From: Candidatus Marinacidobacterales bacterium
Lineage (GTDB): Bacteria > Acidobacteriota > Vicinamibacteria > Marinacidobacterales > DATDRI01
DNA: 64,000 bases
Assembly (NCBI GenBank): GCA_965226495.1
Contig: OZ245365.1
Span: 4,224,001 to 4,288,000, forward strand
Direction of reading: 5' to 3'
The translations under genes were made by a program, and so were the position numbers. Below the pieces are notes generated by a model. It was not told the DNA's origin, ran no database searches, and saw nothing but the letters and a program-made list of their open reading frames with translations. Positions within the stretch are counted from its first letter, which is position 1. Each line of letters starts with the position of its first letter. Below are positions 1 to 9,992 of the stretch, piece after piece.

Positions 1-1254
1 CTTTCGAGCGTTCCACTGATCCTCGGAGAGCATCTCTCCCTTCGGGTCGAAGAAGTAGCCCGAAAAAGCCCCGATCTGTCGATTGAACCGCCGGTGGGGT
101 AATGCCAGGCGCTCTGCGATCCCGTGCTGCTCCAAGATTCGGTTCCACCGATCCACGCCCCTCTGAGAGTCTTCGACGTAGGCGTCACGGAGGATCTCGT
201 TCATCGCATTGCGGAGCGGCACTTCGGAACGCGTGAGCTTCCCGTTGTCGACCACGTCCATCTCGTACACACCCTCGAGGGCTTTGTGGTCGGAGTAACT
301 TTCTTCCTTGTGCCGTCCCTTTAGGCCCGCCGCGAAGAACTGTGCTGCGTTCGTCGAGACTTCCCCGCCGAACAGATCGAGGGAGATGGCAAACCAGAAG
401 TTGAGATACCTCTGAATCGTCTGTAGGTCGAACGCTCCCTCGCGACGGACATCGTCCTTTCCATCGCGCATCAACTGGGCGGCGCGCTCCACCATGCGCC
501 CCACACCGGTCTCTCCGACCGACATGTGGAAAGCCTCCTCGGTCAACATGAACCGGCAGGTACGGGAAAGTGGATCGAATCCACTTTCGGAGAGTGCCAG
601 CAACTGGAACTTCCCATCGCGGTCGGTGAACATCGTGAACATGAAGAAGTTGAGCCAATCCCCACAAGGGGCGTTGAAGGCCCCGAGCAAACGCGGCTTG
701 TCCGGATTACCGCTACGTCGTTCCAACAAACCCTCCGCCTCTTCACGCCCGTCGCGACCAAAGTACGAGTGCAGTAGATAGACCATCGCCCACAGGTGAC
801 GTCCTTCCTCGACATTCACCTGAAACAAGTTTCGCATGTCGTAGATGCTCGGAGCGGTCTTCCCGAGCTCGCGCTGTTGCTCGACACTTGCCGGTTCCGT
901 ATCCCCCTGAGTGACGATCAGGCGACGAAGCTGCGTCCGGAACTCGCCGGGCACATTCTGCCAAGCCGGCTGTCCCTCGAAATCACCGAACCCGATCTTT
1001 CGATCGGCAGCGGTCGGTGTCAGAAAGATACCCCAGCGGTACTCGGGCATCCGCGTGAAATCGAAGTGCGCCCATCCGCCCGGCTCCACCGAAATGGCGG
1101 TGCGGAGATAGACTTCGTCGGCCTGGAAACCATCAGGGCCCATATCCTTCCACCATTCGATGAAGTTGGGCTGCCATTTCTCGAGCGCCCGCTTCAGTTT
1201 CGGGTCTTGGGAAAGGTTGACGTTGTTTGGAATCCTTTCGTCGAGTTCCGACAC
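1..1254 (-). CDS. boxB: benzoyl-CoA 2,3-epoxidase subunit BoxB (3' end beyond window)
   Basis: Not in the ORF track because there is no stop in the window. Hand translation from GTG 1254 (GGAGG upstream) gives ERIPNNVNLS..QGDTEPASVEQQR..QVNVEEGRHLWAMVYLL..MLTEEAFHM..LPHRRFNRQIG, with diiron ExxH motifs; adjacent to boxC. Confidence 0.93.
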   Translation of the reverse strand, partial: MSELDERIPNNVNLSQDPKLKRALEKWQPNFIEWWKDMGPDGFQADEVYLRTAISVEPGGWAHFDFTRMPEYRWGIFLTPTAADRKIGFGDFEGQPAWQNVPGEFRTQLRRLIVTQGDTEPASVEQQRELGKTAPSIYDMRNLFQVNVEEGRHLWAMVYLLHSYFGRDGREEAEGLLERRSGNPDKPRLLGAFNAPCGDWLNFFMFTMFTDRDGKFQLLALSESGFDPLSRTCRFMLTEEAFHMSVGETGVGRMVERAAQLMRDGKDDVRREGAFDLQTIQRYLNFWFAISLDLFGGEVSTNAAQFFAAGLKGRHKEESYSDHKALEGVYEMDVVDNGKLTRSEVPLRNAMNEILRDAYVEDSQRGVDRWNRILEQHGIAERLALPHRRFNRQIGAFSGYFFDPKGEMLSEDQWNARK

Positions 1255-1255
1255 T

Positions 1256-2893
1256 TTAAGTTTTCCTCCAGTCAAACTCGGGCAAGCTTGGCTTGCCATA
1301 TAGAGTGAGCGCCCCTTTCTCCCCCACCGCGTTGGGACGCTGGAATATCCAGTTCTGCCAGGCCGTCAATCGACCGAAAATTTTGGTTTCCATGGTCTCG
1401 GGGCCCGGGAAACGAAGCGAGGCCTCCATCCCGGTCATAGCGTCCGGCGAGAAACCCGCTCTTTCTTCGATCGCGATACGTACTTCGTCGTCCCAATCGA
1501 GCTCGTCGGGCACGAACGTAACGAGACCATGCTCCTCCGCCTCCTCGGCGTCGAAGAGTTCTTTGTGCTCCAGGATTCGCTGGACTCTCGTGGGATCTCC
1601 CAAGAATCTTGTTTCCAAGCGAGAGAGCCCGTTACTCATCGGCAATAGTCCACCGTTCAAGGGCCCGAGGCCGAGCCGCACCGGGGGCTCGGCTCCAGCA
1701 AGCATGTAGCTTCGGTCTGCGGCGAGGGCGAGCTCCAAGAGACTCCCCGCAAAACACGAGCCTGGCTCGATGAGAGCGAAGAGGCTTCTCGCGGTCAGAT
1801 CGAGCCGCTTGAGCATTCGCCGGAGCTTCAGAATGATCTCGCGAGCCAGCCAATTGTCGGCGAGGCGAGCCAGGGCACGATCAAACGCCAGCACTCGCTC
1901 GGGGTCGCCGGTCGTCTTCAAAATCAAGAGCCCCACCGTCTCGTAGTTGAATCGTAGTTGGCAAAGCGCATCGTCGAGCTCGCGCGCCATGGCCAGCGTC
2001 CAAAAGTCACAGCCAGCCTTGTGCAATGCTTCCACCGACTCGGGAGGTTCTCCTTCCGGTCCGCGAACCATCAACTCTGCGGTGCGTCGCTTCAGATCGA
2101 TCGTCACCGTGACGTGTCGATAAGCCAAACGGTTCTCGGTACGCTCCGCTTCCAGCGGTGTGAGCTCGATGCCTTTTTCTCCCGAGTCGTCCGGCGACGC
2201 CTCGACCAACGCTCGAGCTCGCTCTTGAACCGTGGCGTCGAATTGGCTGCGGGGTGCGATGCGATCGACCAAACCCCACTCCACGGCGCGCTTGCCTTTG
2301 ATCCCTTCCACCAAGGTGGAGAACACGTCGGCCCGATCGCGACGAACCCTTCGTTTGTCGACGAGTCGCGTGAGTCCTCCCGTTCCCGGCAACACGCCTA
2401 GCAGGGGTACTTCCGGCAACGCGACCGCGGCGTTGCCGTCATCGACCAAAACGATTTCGTCTGCGGCGAGGGCCAACTCGTAGCCTCCCCCCGAGCAGAC
2501 GCCGTTGACCGCGGCAATGTAGTGCTGGCCACTTTCGCGGCTCGCTTCCTCCATGGCCAAGCGCGTCTCGTTGGTGAACTTACAAAAATTGACCTTGTAA
2601 GGATGGGAGGAGCTCGCCAGCATATAGATGTTCGCACCCGCCGAGAAGATCCGATCCTTGCCGCTCCGCACGACGACCGCCTTGATCTCAGGATGCTCGA
2701 AGCGCAGACGCTCGATCGCGTCGGCCAGCTCGATGTCGACACCGAGATCGTAGCTATTGAGCTTTAGCTGATAGCCCGGCCTGAGGCCGCCGTCTTCTTG
2801 GATGTCGATGGTGATGGTGGCCACCGCTCCGTCGAGCGTCAGCTTCAGATGGCGGTAGGCGCCCGGATTTGTCTCGCAATCAATTGGTTGCAT
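1256..2893 (-). CDS. boxC: 2,3-epoxybenzoyl-CoA dihydrolase BoxC
   Basis: 545 aa tandem crotonase fold; KLNSYDLGVDIELADA, KVNFCKFTNETR, GRLTAWQNWIFQRPNAVGEKGAL. Confidence 0.95.
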   Translation of the reverse strand: MQPIDCETNPGAYRHLKLTLDGAVATITIDIQEDGGLRPGYQLKLNSYDLGVDIELADAIERLRFEHPEIKAVVVRSGKDRIFSAGANIYMLASSSHPYKVNFCKFTNETRLAMEEASRESGQHYIAAVNGVCSGGGYELALAADEIVLVDDGNAAVALPEVPLLGVLPGTGGLTRLVDKRRVRRDRADVFSTLVEGIKGKRAVEWGLVDRIAPRSQFDATVQERARALVEASPDDSGEKGIELTPLEAERTENRLAYRHVTVTIDLKRRTAELMVRGPEGEPPESVEALHKAGCDFWTLAMARELDDALCQLRFNYETVGLLILKTTGDPERVLAFDRALARLADNWLAREIILKLRRMLKRLDLTARSLFALIEPGSCFAGSLLELALAADRSYMLAGAEPPVRLGLGPLNGGLLPMSNGLSRLETRFLGDPTRVQRILEHKELFDAEEAEEHGLVTFVPDELDWDDEVRIAIEERAGFSPDAMTGMEASLRFPGPETMETKIFGRLTAWQNWIFQRPNAVGEKGALTLYGKPSLPEFDWRKT

Positions 2894-3004
2894 GGACCAT
2901 CCAGCATACTACTAAACCCAAGATCCAAAAAATTAGACGGGATGAATGGGATTGAGGGCCTTGCCCGAGGCCGACCTAACCGGGGAGCGTGCTAGGATGC
3001 GGGC

Positions 3005-4963
3005 ATGCGCTGGTTGCTAATCGCGCTCGGCTCCCTTTCGGTGGCCGTCCTCGCGTCGGCGTCACAGCAAAAAACCGAGCCTTCCAACGCACTCACCATC
3101 GAAGGAATTCTTCGCGTTCCCCGGATAAATGAATACGCTCTGGCGCCCGACGGCGAGCGGACCGCTGCAGCCATTTCGATTCTCGGCCTAGAGAAAATCT
3201 GGGTCATCTCCGAGCCCGACAAAGTCGGCGTGCCGGTTGCTCACAGCGAGGGCGGCGACCGCGAGCCCGATTGGTCCCCGGACGGCAAGGAAATCGCCTT
3301 CGCTTCCAACCGCACCGGCAGCTGGCATGTCTTCGTGGCCGCCCCCGGGGACGAAGGAGCGCGCCAGATCACGAGTCGGCGTGACGGCGACGATCGCAGA
3401 CCGCGCTGGTCCCCCGACGGACAGCGGATCGCATACCTATCTCGCGCCTCGAGTGGCAGCTCGAGCTGGGACGTCTGGGTACAACCGATCGCGGACGGTG
3501 AGCCGCTGCGACTGACGCGAGACCCCTTGGACGAACAGGATCCGCGATGGTCGCCAGACGGCAAGTGGATCGCGTTTACGTTTCGGGGCGGCCGACACGT
3601 GAATCGGCGCGTCGCGGTTGTTCCCGCTGCGGGCGGTGATTTGCGCGAGCTCCTCCCTCAGAAATGGACCGGCGACAGTCACTCCGTCCGCTGGTCGCCA
3701 GATGGAGAGCGCCTGGCCTTCGTCTCCGATGAAGGCGGGCGGAAATCCATCTTCATCGTGTCTGTCAACGAAGGCAATGGAGGCGAGGGAGGCAAGCCCA
3801 AGCGACTCACTGATTCCAAGCACGAGCAGTCCGAACCCGCGTGGAGTCCCGACGGAGAAATGATCGCGCACGTTTCGAATAGCGAGGGAACCCAGCGCCT
3901 CATGGTGACGTCGGTCGCCAATCGCCAGAGCAGGCCCTTCACGCTCGGTCCGGGCGCCTACGAAAGCCCTCAATGGACGACCGACGGAGAGGCGTTGGCG
4001 AGTTTGTTCTCGGGCCCCGTCTATCCCGCTGACGTGTGGCTCTTCGAGAAGAACGCCGGGCGGCGAAGAGTAAGCGACACCCTGCCGCCGAATCTCGACG
4101 TCCGGAAGATGGTTCGCCCAGAGCTGGTGCGGTATTCGAGCTTCGATGGCCGGACCATCACCGGTTATCTCTATTTGCCCACCATCGCCAGCGCGGAACA
4201 ACCGGTTCCGCTCGTCGCACACCCCCACGGAGGGCCCACCTCGCAGTGGCTAAACGGCTGGCACCCATTCGTTCAGCTTCTTGTGCAACAGGGCTACGCC
4301 ATCTTCGCACCCAACGTACGTGGCAGCTCCGGCTTCGGCGTCGAGTTCGAAGAGCTCAACAATGGCGATTGGGGGGGAGGCGACCTCAAAGATCTCGTGG
4401 CCGGCGTTCGAGAGCTCATCCAGCGGCCGGAGATCCGCGACGACCGTATCGGCATCTGGGGTGTGAGCTACGGCGGTTTTCTCACCCTCGCCGCAATCGG
4501 CCAGTATCCGGACCTGTTCACCTGCGCGGTCGAAGCGGTAGGAATGCCCGATCTCGAGATGCTTTACCGAGAGACGAACACCGACGGCTTGACTTACTTA
4601 GAAAGGGAGCTCGGTCCGCTGCGCGATCACCAAGACCTTTATCGCGAGCTTTCTCCGGTCCGCCTGGTCGATGCAATGAAAACGCCATTGCTTACGTTCC
4701 ATGGGGAGGATTACCGGCTAGTCCCCTACTCGACCAAGGTTGGTATGTTGAAATCCCTCGTCGAGCGGAAATATCCCCTCGATGAGTTCGTTTTCAAGGG
4801 CGATCAGGGCCGCGGTGTGTACCGATTCGATCTCTACCCGCAGGCAGGCGGCCTTTACATGGAAAAAGTACTGGAAGTCTTCCGCGAAGAGCTTACTGGG
4901 CGTCCGGTGGCCCCGGCGGCGGAGCCGGCGGCGTCTGCCTCCAAGCTCGGAAGCGACCGTTGA
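3005..4963 (+). CDS. secreted S9 peptidase-like protein with TolB-like (PD40) propeller
   Basis: Signal peptide, repeated WSPDG motifs, HGGP, NVRGSSGFG, GVSYGG. Confidence 0.88.
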   Translation: MRWLLIALGSLSVAVLASASQQKTEPSNALTIEGILRVPRINEYALAPDGERTAAAISILGLEKIWVISEPDKVGVPVAHSEGGDREPDWSPDGKEIAFASNRTGSWHVFVAAPGDEGARQITSRRDGDDRRPRWSPDGQRIAYLSRASSGSSSWDVWVQPIADGEPLRLTRDPLDEQDPRWSPDGKWIAFTFRGGRHVNRRVAVVPAAGGDLRELLPQKWTGDSHSVRWSPDGERLAFVSDEGGRKSIFIVSVNEGNGGEGGKPKRLTDSKHEQSEPAWSPDGEMIAHVSNSEGTQRLMVTSVANRQSRPFTLGPGAYESPQWTTDGEALASLFSGPVYPADVWLFEKNAGRRRVSDTLPPNLDVRKMVRPELVRYSSFDGRTITGYLYLPTIASAEQPVPLVAHPHGGPTSQWLNGWHPFVQLLVQQGYAIFAPNVRGSSGFGVEFEELNNGDWGGGDLKDLVAGVRELIQRPEIRDDRIGIWGVSYGGFLTLAAIGQYPDLFTCAVEAVGMPDLEMLYRETNTDGLTYLERELGPLRDHQDLYRELSPVRLVDAMKTPLLTFHGEDYRLVPYSTKVGMLKSLVERKYPLDEFVFKGDQGRGVYRFDLYPQAGGLYMEKVLEVFREELTGRPVAPAAEPAASASKLGSDR

Positions 4964-6857
4964 GGTATTGGGCCTCGTATACCAGCCAAGTTCCCTCGAG
5001 CCGATTTCCCACAAGCTCGGCGTCGAGATGAATATTGATCTCCTCGTCATAAGTGACGCGGGCAACCAGGGATTCACCGATGGGGCTCACGCGCGTGAAG
5101 AGCCCCTCCACCGATTGCGCACCCCCCTCGTTAAGAACGACGTTCCCGCCGAGAGATTCATCGGCCCCGACAGCCCCAACAGCGCCAACAGATTGTTCGG
5201 TGATGGAAAAACTCACCGGATACCCTTGGGGCAACACGTAGCCATGCCAATCTCCGACTAGAGATATAGGCTCATCGACGTCGCCGGCTTCTTCAGCGTC
5301 GATGAGGACTCGACCGGGCACCGATTCCTTGGGCAGCACGCGAAAGAAAGGACCCGTGGGAACGAAGTGGTAAGTTTCTAGAAGGCTTTCCACAATCGGA
5401 TTGGGAGGATGGAGACCGACCAAGAAAAGAGGAACGTCTGTGCTGGCGGCCCACTCTTGGAGCCGGCTTTCGTCTCTCGGGGTCGCCCTTTCATACATCA
5501 CCTCGGGTCCCGCCTGCTCCACCTCGGACATATAGCGCAACGGGTCAAGAAACAACTCTCCATGCCGTGAAACTGCCGCGACCCGCGCGCGTTCCGGAAG
5601 CTCCCGGAGCGCTGCCTGCGCGAAGGCCCGGGCGTCCGGGCTCTCGCGGCGATCGGGATTGAGCAGATGGGTCAGGGGATCGAACGGCACTTCGAACTCC
5701 AAGTCCAGAAAAGACCCCGCCCGGGGCTTTTGTTCCAGACGGTCGAGCGCCCAAGGCGCCGCGCGATAGAGAAGCACGGGCGATAGACTCAACACAAGGG
5801 CAAACGCGTAGTCTCGCCATCCTCCATCCGCGAGTAGCTTCCACCAACCGTAGCCAGCCGCGATCGAGACGACCACCCAAGCTGGCACATAGGCGCTCAT
5901 TGGGTCTGGCAACTTCAGGGTGATCGCCAATACGGAATACACCACGAACAATGGAAACAGGAGACCGAAGACATACTTCTGTCGGCGGAAGAGCTCCAGC
6001 ATTCCGAGTAGTCCGATGAAAAACGTCCACGGAGGAAAGCTGTATAGCAGGGTCATACCGAACCGAATGGCCGATGCTTTCAGGGGTTCGTCCCACGACA
6101 GCATCATGTTGTCGCGCCAGAAAGTCACCCAAGCCCACTGTTCCGGTGGAATCTCGAAACCCGTCCTCGCCCAATGAGAAGCCGAAACCGCCAGCGCGAC
6201 GCCGGAACTCAAGAGCAACACTCCTAAACCGCGCGCCCTCACTTTTCCTATTTCGCGTACCAAAGGCGGGCGCACGACCCGCACCCAGATCGCAAAAACC
6301 GGGAGCAGGAAGACCATCATCAGGTTATTGGACAGCGACAGGCCGAGGATCCCCATCGCCAAATAGAAAAAGGGAACCCGCCCTTCGTTGGCGAAACGCA
6401 GTAGGTAATAGAGGAGGGCGGCGAGCAGGAGGCCATCCAGCGCTTCTGGCCCCGGCGTCACGGCGCGCAGCCAAAACGTGTGTGAGACGACGAGAACGAT
6501 GGCACCGACGATACCCACTCGGCGAGCAATGAATTGCGGGGCGATCTGTAACAGGAATTTCAAGAGAAGATAAACGTAAAGACAAGCCGCTGCGGCAAAG
6601 GCGGCGGATGCGACGTTCGTCCGGCGAGGAAGCGAATCCCTCGGAATCATCAAGAAGGGCTGCGAGACCAGCACGTACAGGGGTCGATCCCAAGGGCCCT
6701 CTCCGATCTCTGCCAACGCGACGCGACGCTGGTAGCCTGCGCCTTCGCCCCAAGCGATGTCCGGAGGACCGGTAAAGACGTAGAAGGCGAAGCAGCCGAC
6801 GAAGACCGCCAGAGCTATGCCAGCGTTGACCCAGCCGCGATACCAGTTCGGCCTCAT
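4893..6857 (-). CDS. polytopic membrane protein, DUF2723/GT-C glycosyltransferase-like
   Basis: 654 aa, many TM segments plus a soluble C-terminal domain; overlaps the 3' end of the S9 gene. Confidence 0.6.
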   Translation of the reverse strand: MRPNWYRGWVNAGIALAVFVGCFAFYVFTGPPDIAWGEGAGYQRRVALAEIGEGPWDRPLYVLVSQPFLMIPRDSLPRRTNVASAAFAAAACLYVYLLLKFLLQIAPQFIARRVGIVGAIVLVVSHTFWLRAVTPGPEALDGLLLAALLYYLLRFANEGRVPFFYLAMGILGLSLSNNLMMVFLLPVFAIWVRVVRPPLVREIGKVRARGLGVLLLSSGVALAVSASHWARTGFEIPPEQWAWVTFWRDNMMLSWDEPLKASAIRFGMTLLYSFPPWTFFIGLLGMLELFRRQKYVFGLLFPLFVVYSVLAITLKLPDPMSAYVPAWVVVSIAAGYGWWKLLADGGWRDYAFALVLSLSPVLLYRAAPWALDRLEQKPRAGSFLDLEFEVPFDPLTHLLNPDRRESPDARAFAQAALRELPERARVAAVSRHGELFLDPLRYMSEVEQAGPEVMYERATPRDESRLQEWAASTDVPLFLVGLHPPNPIVESLLETYHFVPTGPFFRVLPKESVPGRVLIDAEEAGDVDEPISLVGDWHGYVLPQGYPVSFSITEQSVGAVGAVGADESLGGNVVLNEGGAQSVEGLFTRVSPIGESLVARVTYDEEINIHLDAELVGNRLEGTWLVYEAQYLNGRFRAWRQTPPAPPPGPPDAQ

Positions 6858-6945
6858 AGCGGAATATCTTATAACACGCTTGGCCCGTGTCGAATGATCG
6901 TAAATCGGGAAGGCACGAGTCGGATCCGCGGTAAAATGCGCCGCG

Positions 6946-7689
6946 GTGGATAAAGACCAATATCAGAGACTCTTCGAGCTGGAGGACCGCTTGTGGTGGT
7001 TCGTCGGCATGAGGAAACTGAGCCTCGCACTCATTGAACGATTCGTGCGGGCCTCCCCACCCCTTTCTATCCTCGATGCCGGCTGCGGAACGGGAGGCAT
7101 GATCCCGCATCTTCAGTCGTACGGCTCGGTGGTGGGGGTCGATCTTTCCGACGACGCCCTCGCGTTCGCCCAGCGCCGGCAAAAGGGCCATCTCGTGAGG
7201 AGCTCCCTTCCAAGCCTTCCCTTCGCCCCGAGCGCTTTCGATCTCGTCACGTCTTTCGACGTCATCTATCACCAAGCAGTTGCCGACGACGAGGCCGCGC
7301 TTGAGGAAATGGCGAGGGTTCTCCGGCCAGGCGGTACATTATTAATAAGGGTACCGGCTCACGACCGCCTTAGGAGCCGCCACGACACCGCGGTCCACAC
7401 CCGCCACCGTTACGCAAAACGTGAGCTCGAGGAAAAACTCTGGCATGCGGGCCTAGAGCCGCTCTACGTTTCCTATGTGAACTGCTTTCTCTTTCCGGTC
7501 GCGGTCGCCTCGAGACTCGTAGACAAGATCTTGCCGGGAGACCAGGACGCCTCGCAGCTGAGGGACGTACCACCTGCACTCAATGGATTGCTAACGGCCG
7601 TCCTCGAGCTCGAAGCCTCCATCATCCGGGTCGGGAGCCTTCCTTTCGGATTGTCCTTGGTTGCGGTAGCGAGGCGTCAGGCCTCGTGA
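6946..7689 (+). CDS. class I SAM-dependent methyltransferase
   Basis: ILDAGCGTG, VLRPGG. Confidence 0.9.
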   Translation: MDKDQYQRLFELEDRLWWFVGMRKLSLALIERFVRASPPLSILDAGCGTGGMIPHLQSYGSVVGVDLSDDALAFAQRRQKGHLVRSSLPSLPFAPSAFDLVTSFDVIYHQAVADDEAALEEMARVLRPGGTLLIRVPAHDRLRSRHDTAVHTRHRYAKRELEEKLWHAGLEPLYVSYVNCFLFPVAVASRLVDKILPGDQDASQLRDVPPALNGLLTAVLELEASIIRVGSLPFGLSLVAVARRQAS

Positions 7690-7752
7690 ACCTCCGGGCG
7701 TTTCGAACCTAGTGGCATTTCCGTTACCATGTCCCACCGACGGGGCGATTCC

Positions 7753-7893
7753 ATGAAAAACGAGCTAGATGTCGTCCGTGATATTTCAGCCAAGTTCGAC
7801 GAACTGGGAATCCAGGATAGCGGACTTCGGAACCTACATCACTAGCAAAGAGGATCTGATCCTTTCGAAGCTGGTGTGGGCCAAAGACAGGCC
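7753..7893 (+). pseudogene. internally deleted nucleotidyltransferase-like remnant
   Basis: MKNELDVVRDISAKFDELGI followed out of frame by TYITSKEDLILSKLVWAKD. Confidence 0.5.
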
Positions 7894-9759
7894 TTACTGC
7901 TGCCCGGCGAACGCGCTCTCCACGACGTAGCCGGTTTCCATCGCGACATTGGTACCCGGGGCTCCCGGGCGGTTAACGTGAACGCGAAGCACCAGATCCA
8001 TTTCGGTGATCCCGAGATAGAGCGAACCCGAAGAATCGAAGGACAGAAAGTCCAAACGTTCGGGCATCAGCTCACCGGGAAGAATCACCGAACGTGATGT
8101 CGGCGCCTCATCACGTTGACGCCACCAATCGGAAAGGCGAAAGATCTCCAGCGGCATCTGCGACAGATCGCCCGCCCACCGCGGCGAGATCTCGACGATG
8201 ACCGCATCCCCCAAGCCGCCTCGAACCAAAGCGTAAAGAGAATTGCCCTCAGGATCCCACGCCAGAGACAGGCCTTGCCCCGGCAAAGGGCCCACACGGG
8301 CCGCGGGGCCAGCGGATGCGGTGTCGTCAAAGGGCAGCTTCCACAGACTCCCGCTGCCGTACTCGTCCATCAGGAAGTAGATGTTTTGGTCTCGCCCAAG
8401 GATCATGCGTCCAGGACTGCCTGGGAGGGCGGCCACTTCTTCCGGATGACCCTTCGGGTCGCCGTTCGAATCGAAGCGGTACCGAAAGATCGCACCGTAC
8501 TCGCGACGAGAAACGTATAGAGCGCCGTCGGGTCCAAACGTCATGCCACCAATCGGATCGAGTATCTCGGTGTTCGTCAACGTCAGCTGCCGAGACCGCG
8601 GCGAAAGCCCAACGCCGTTTTCGGGCAGCACGCGCACCAAGTGGCCGGGCCCGGCGCCGAACGCGGCAACGAAGACCGAGCCCGCGAGAGGACCCTCTTC
8701 CGGGCCGAAACACATTGCAATCGGCCCGCGAACACCGGGAAGAAGAACGACGCTTCCCCTCGCGTCGACACCGCCCTGCCCCTCCATAGGAAATACCTGA
8801 AGCGACACCGCGTCTTGGTCATTCGACAAAACCACGCGCTCGCCGGTCCGACTGCGGCCAACGAAATCTGTTGGATTGGCGATCGGATGGACAATATGTG
8901 TGAGCCGCAATCGCGGCAACCGCCGCGTCTCCAAACCCAAGACCACCGAGTGACGGCCAAGTGCGATGGCCGTCGTGAGCGACGAAGTCGATGATTCGGC
9001 CTCGGCCAAAGGCAGCGCAAGTTGAACGCGAACGAGAGCCACCCGCTCGCCGGAATCCACCCGAGCCGGCGGAATGATCTCACCGCGCCCATCGAGGTAA
9101 TCGAATTTCAAATCGCGGACCCCGCGAGCCAACATGCGCGGCTCGCCGCCGGAGACTTCCTTTATTAGGACGTTCCCTGCTTCATCAGGTCGGGGCTCGA
9201 GACGAAACCGAACCTCGCGTAGTTTCAAAACCCTCGCCCGTCGATAAGGGGAGTAGATCTCGAGCAATTCACCGTCGGTGGAGTCGAGGGAGCGAAAAGC
9301 TAGAGTCTCGCGAGTGGCGAGCGCGACTTCAGCGCTCTCCGAGTTCCCACCTTGGTCGATGAGAAGCACCCAATCGCCGACCTCGAAAGAATCGGCTCCG
9401 TCGACACGTACTTCCACGTTGCTCGAACCGAGGTCCTCTAGCAACACGCCAACCAGCCCCTCCGGATTGGACCGGAGTGTAATGACGTCGGAAGCAGGCG
9501 TGGAGTCCTCGGCGAGAAAAGGTAAGACCTCGGTCGCCCCCTCCATCCCATAGCCGGCCTTCCCGATCTCGCGTACGATTTCATCGAAGGCCCAGGTCGC
9601 CATCGCCGTCTCGGCGTCGCTAACAACATCTATCCCGTTTAGAGACTCGACCATGCGGCTGCTGTGTAGGAGGAAACCCACAACGACGAGTGTGAGCGAA
9701 AGACTAATCAACGCCTCGGTGAGACTGTAACCATCAACGACTCGCAACTCCGTCGACAT
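7894..9759 (-). CDS. prepilin-like N-terminus (PilW-like) fused to a putative beta-propeller
   Basis: G|YSLTE plus a hydrophobic helix; C-terminal FGPDGALYVS-type repeats. Confidence 0.65.
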   Translation of the reverse strand: MSTELRVVDGYSLTEALISLSLTLVVVGFLLHSSRMVESLNGIDVVSDAETAMATWAFDEIVREIGKAGYGMEGATEVLPFLAEDSTPASDVITLRSNPEGLVGVLLEDLGSSNVEVRVDGADSFEVGDWVLLIDQGGNSESAEVALATRETLAFRSLDSTDGELLEIYSPYRRARVLKLREVRFRLEPRPDEAGNVLIKEVSGGEPRMLARGVRDLKFDYLDGRGEIIPPARVDSGERVALVRVQLALPLAEAESSTSSLTTAIALGRHSVVLGLETRRLPRLRLTHIVHPIANPTDFVGRSRTGERVVLSNDQDAVSLQVFPMEGQGGVDARGSVVLLPGVRGPIAMCFGPEEGPLAGSVFVAAFGAGPGHLVRVLPENGVGLSPRSRQLTLTNTEILDPIGGMTFGPDGALYVSRREYGAIFRYRFDSNGDPKGHPEEVAALPGSPGRMILGRDQNIYFLMDEYGSGSLWKLPFDDTASAGPAARVGPLPGQGLSLAWDPEGNSLYALVRGGLGDAVIVEISPRWAGDLSQMPLEIFRLSDWWRQRDEAPTSRSVILPGELMPERLDFLSFDSSGSLYLGITEMDLVLRVHVNRPGAPGTNVAMETGYVVESAFAGQQ

Positions 9760-9992
9760 GGGACGGGTATTTTACTTCAACGTTGACTCCGCAAACCACC
9801 CGGCTGCGTCTCCGGTAGGCAGTTCACACGCTACCTTCACGATCCAAGCGATCCGCGAAGCCTCAGTCACAACTTCGCCACGTCCCTCCTCGTGGATCGG
9901 CTAGGTGGACTTGACCAAGGTCCAATAGCCCTCTCACAGTTAACCCCCTTACACTTCCCATGGTCCGCTGGGAAACCTTGTGGACGCTACTC

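Noticed and set aside
124-1308. Short track ORFs over the left end
   Set aside because: Shadows of boxB.
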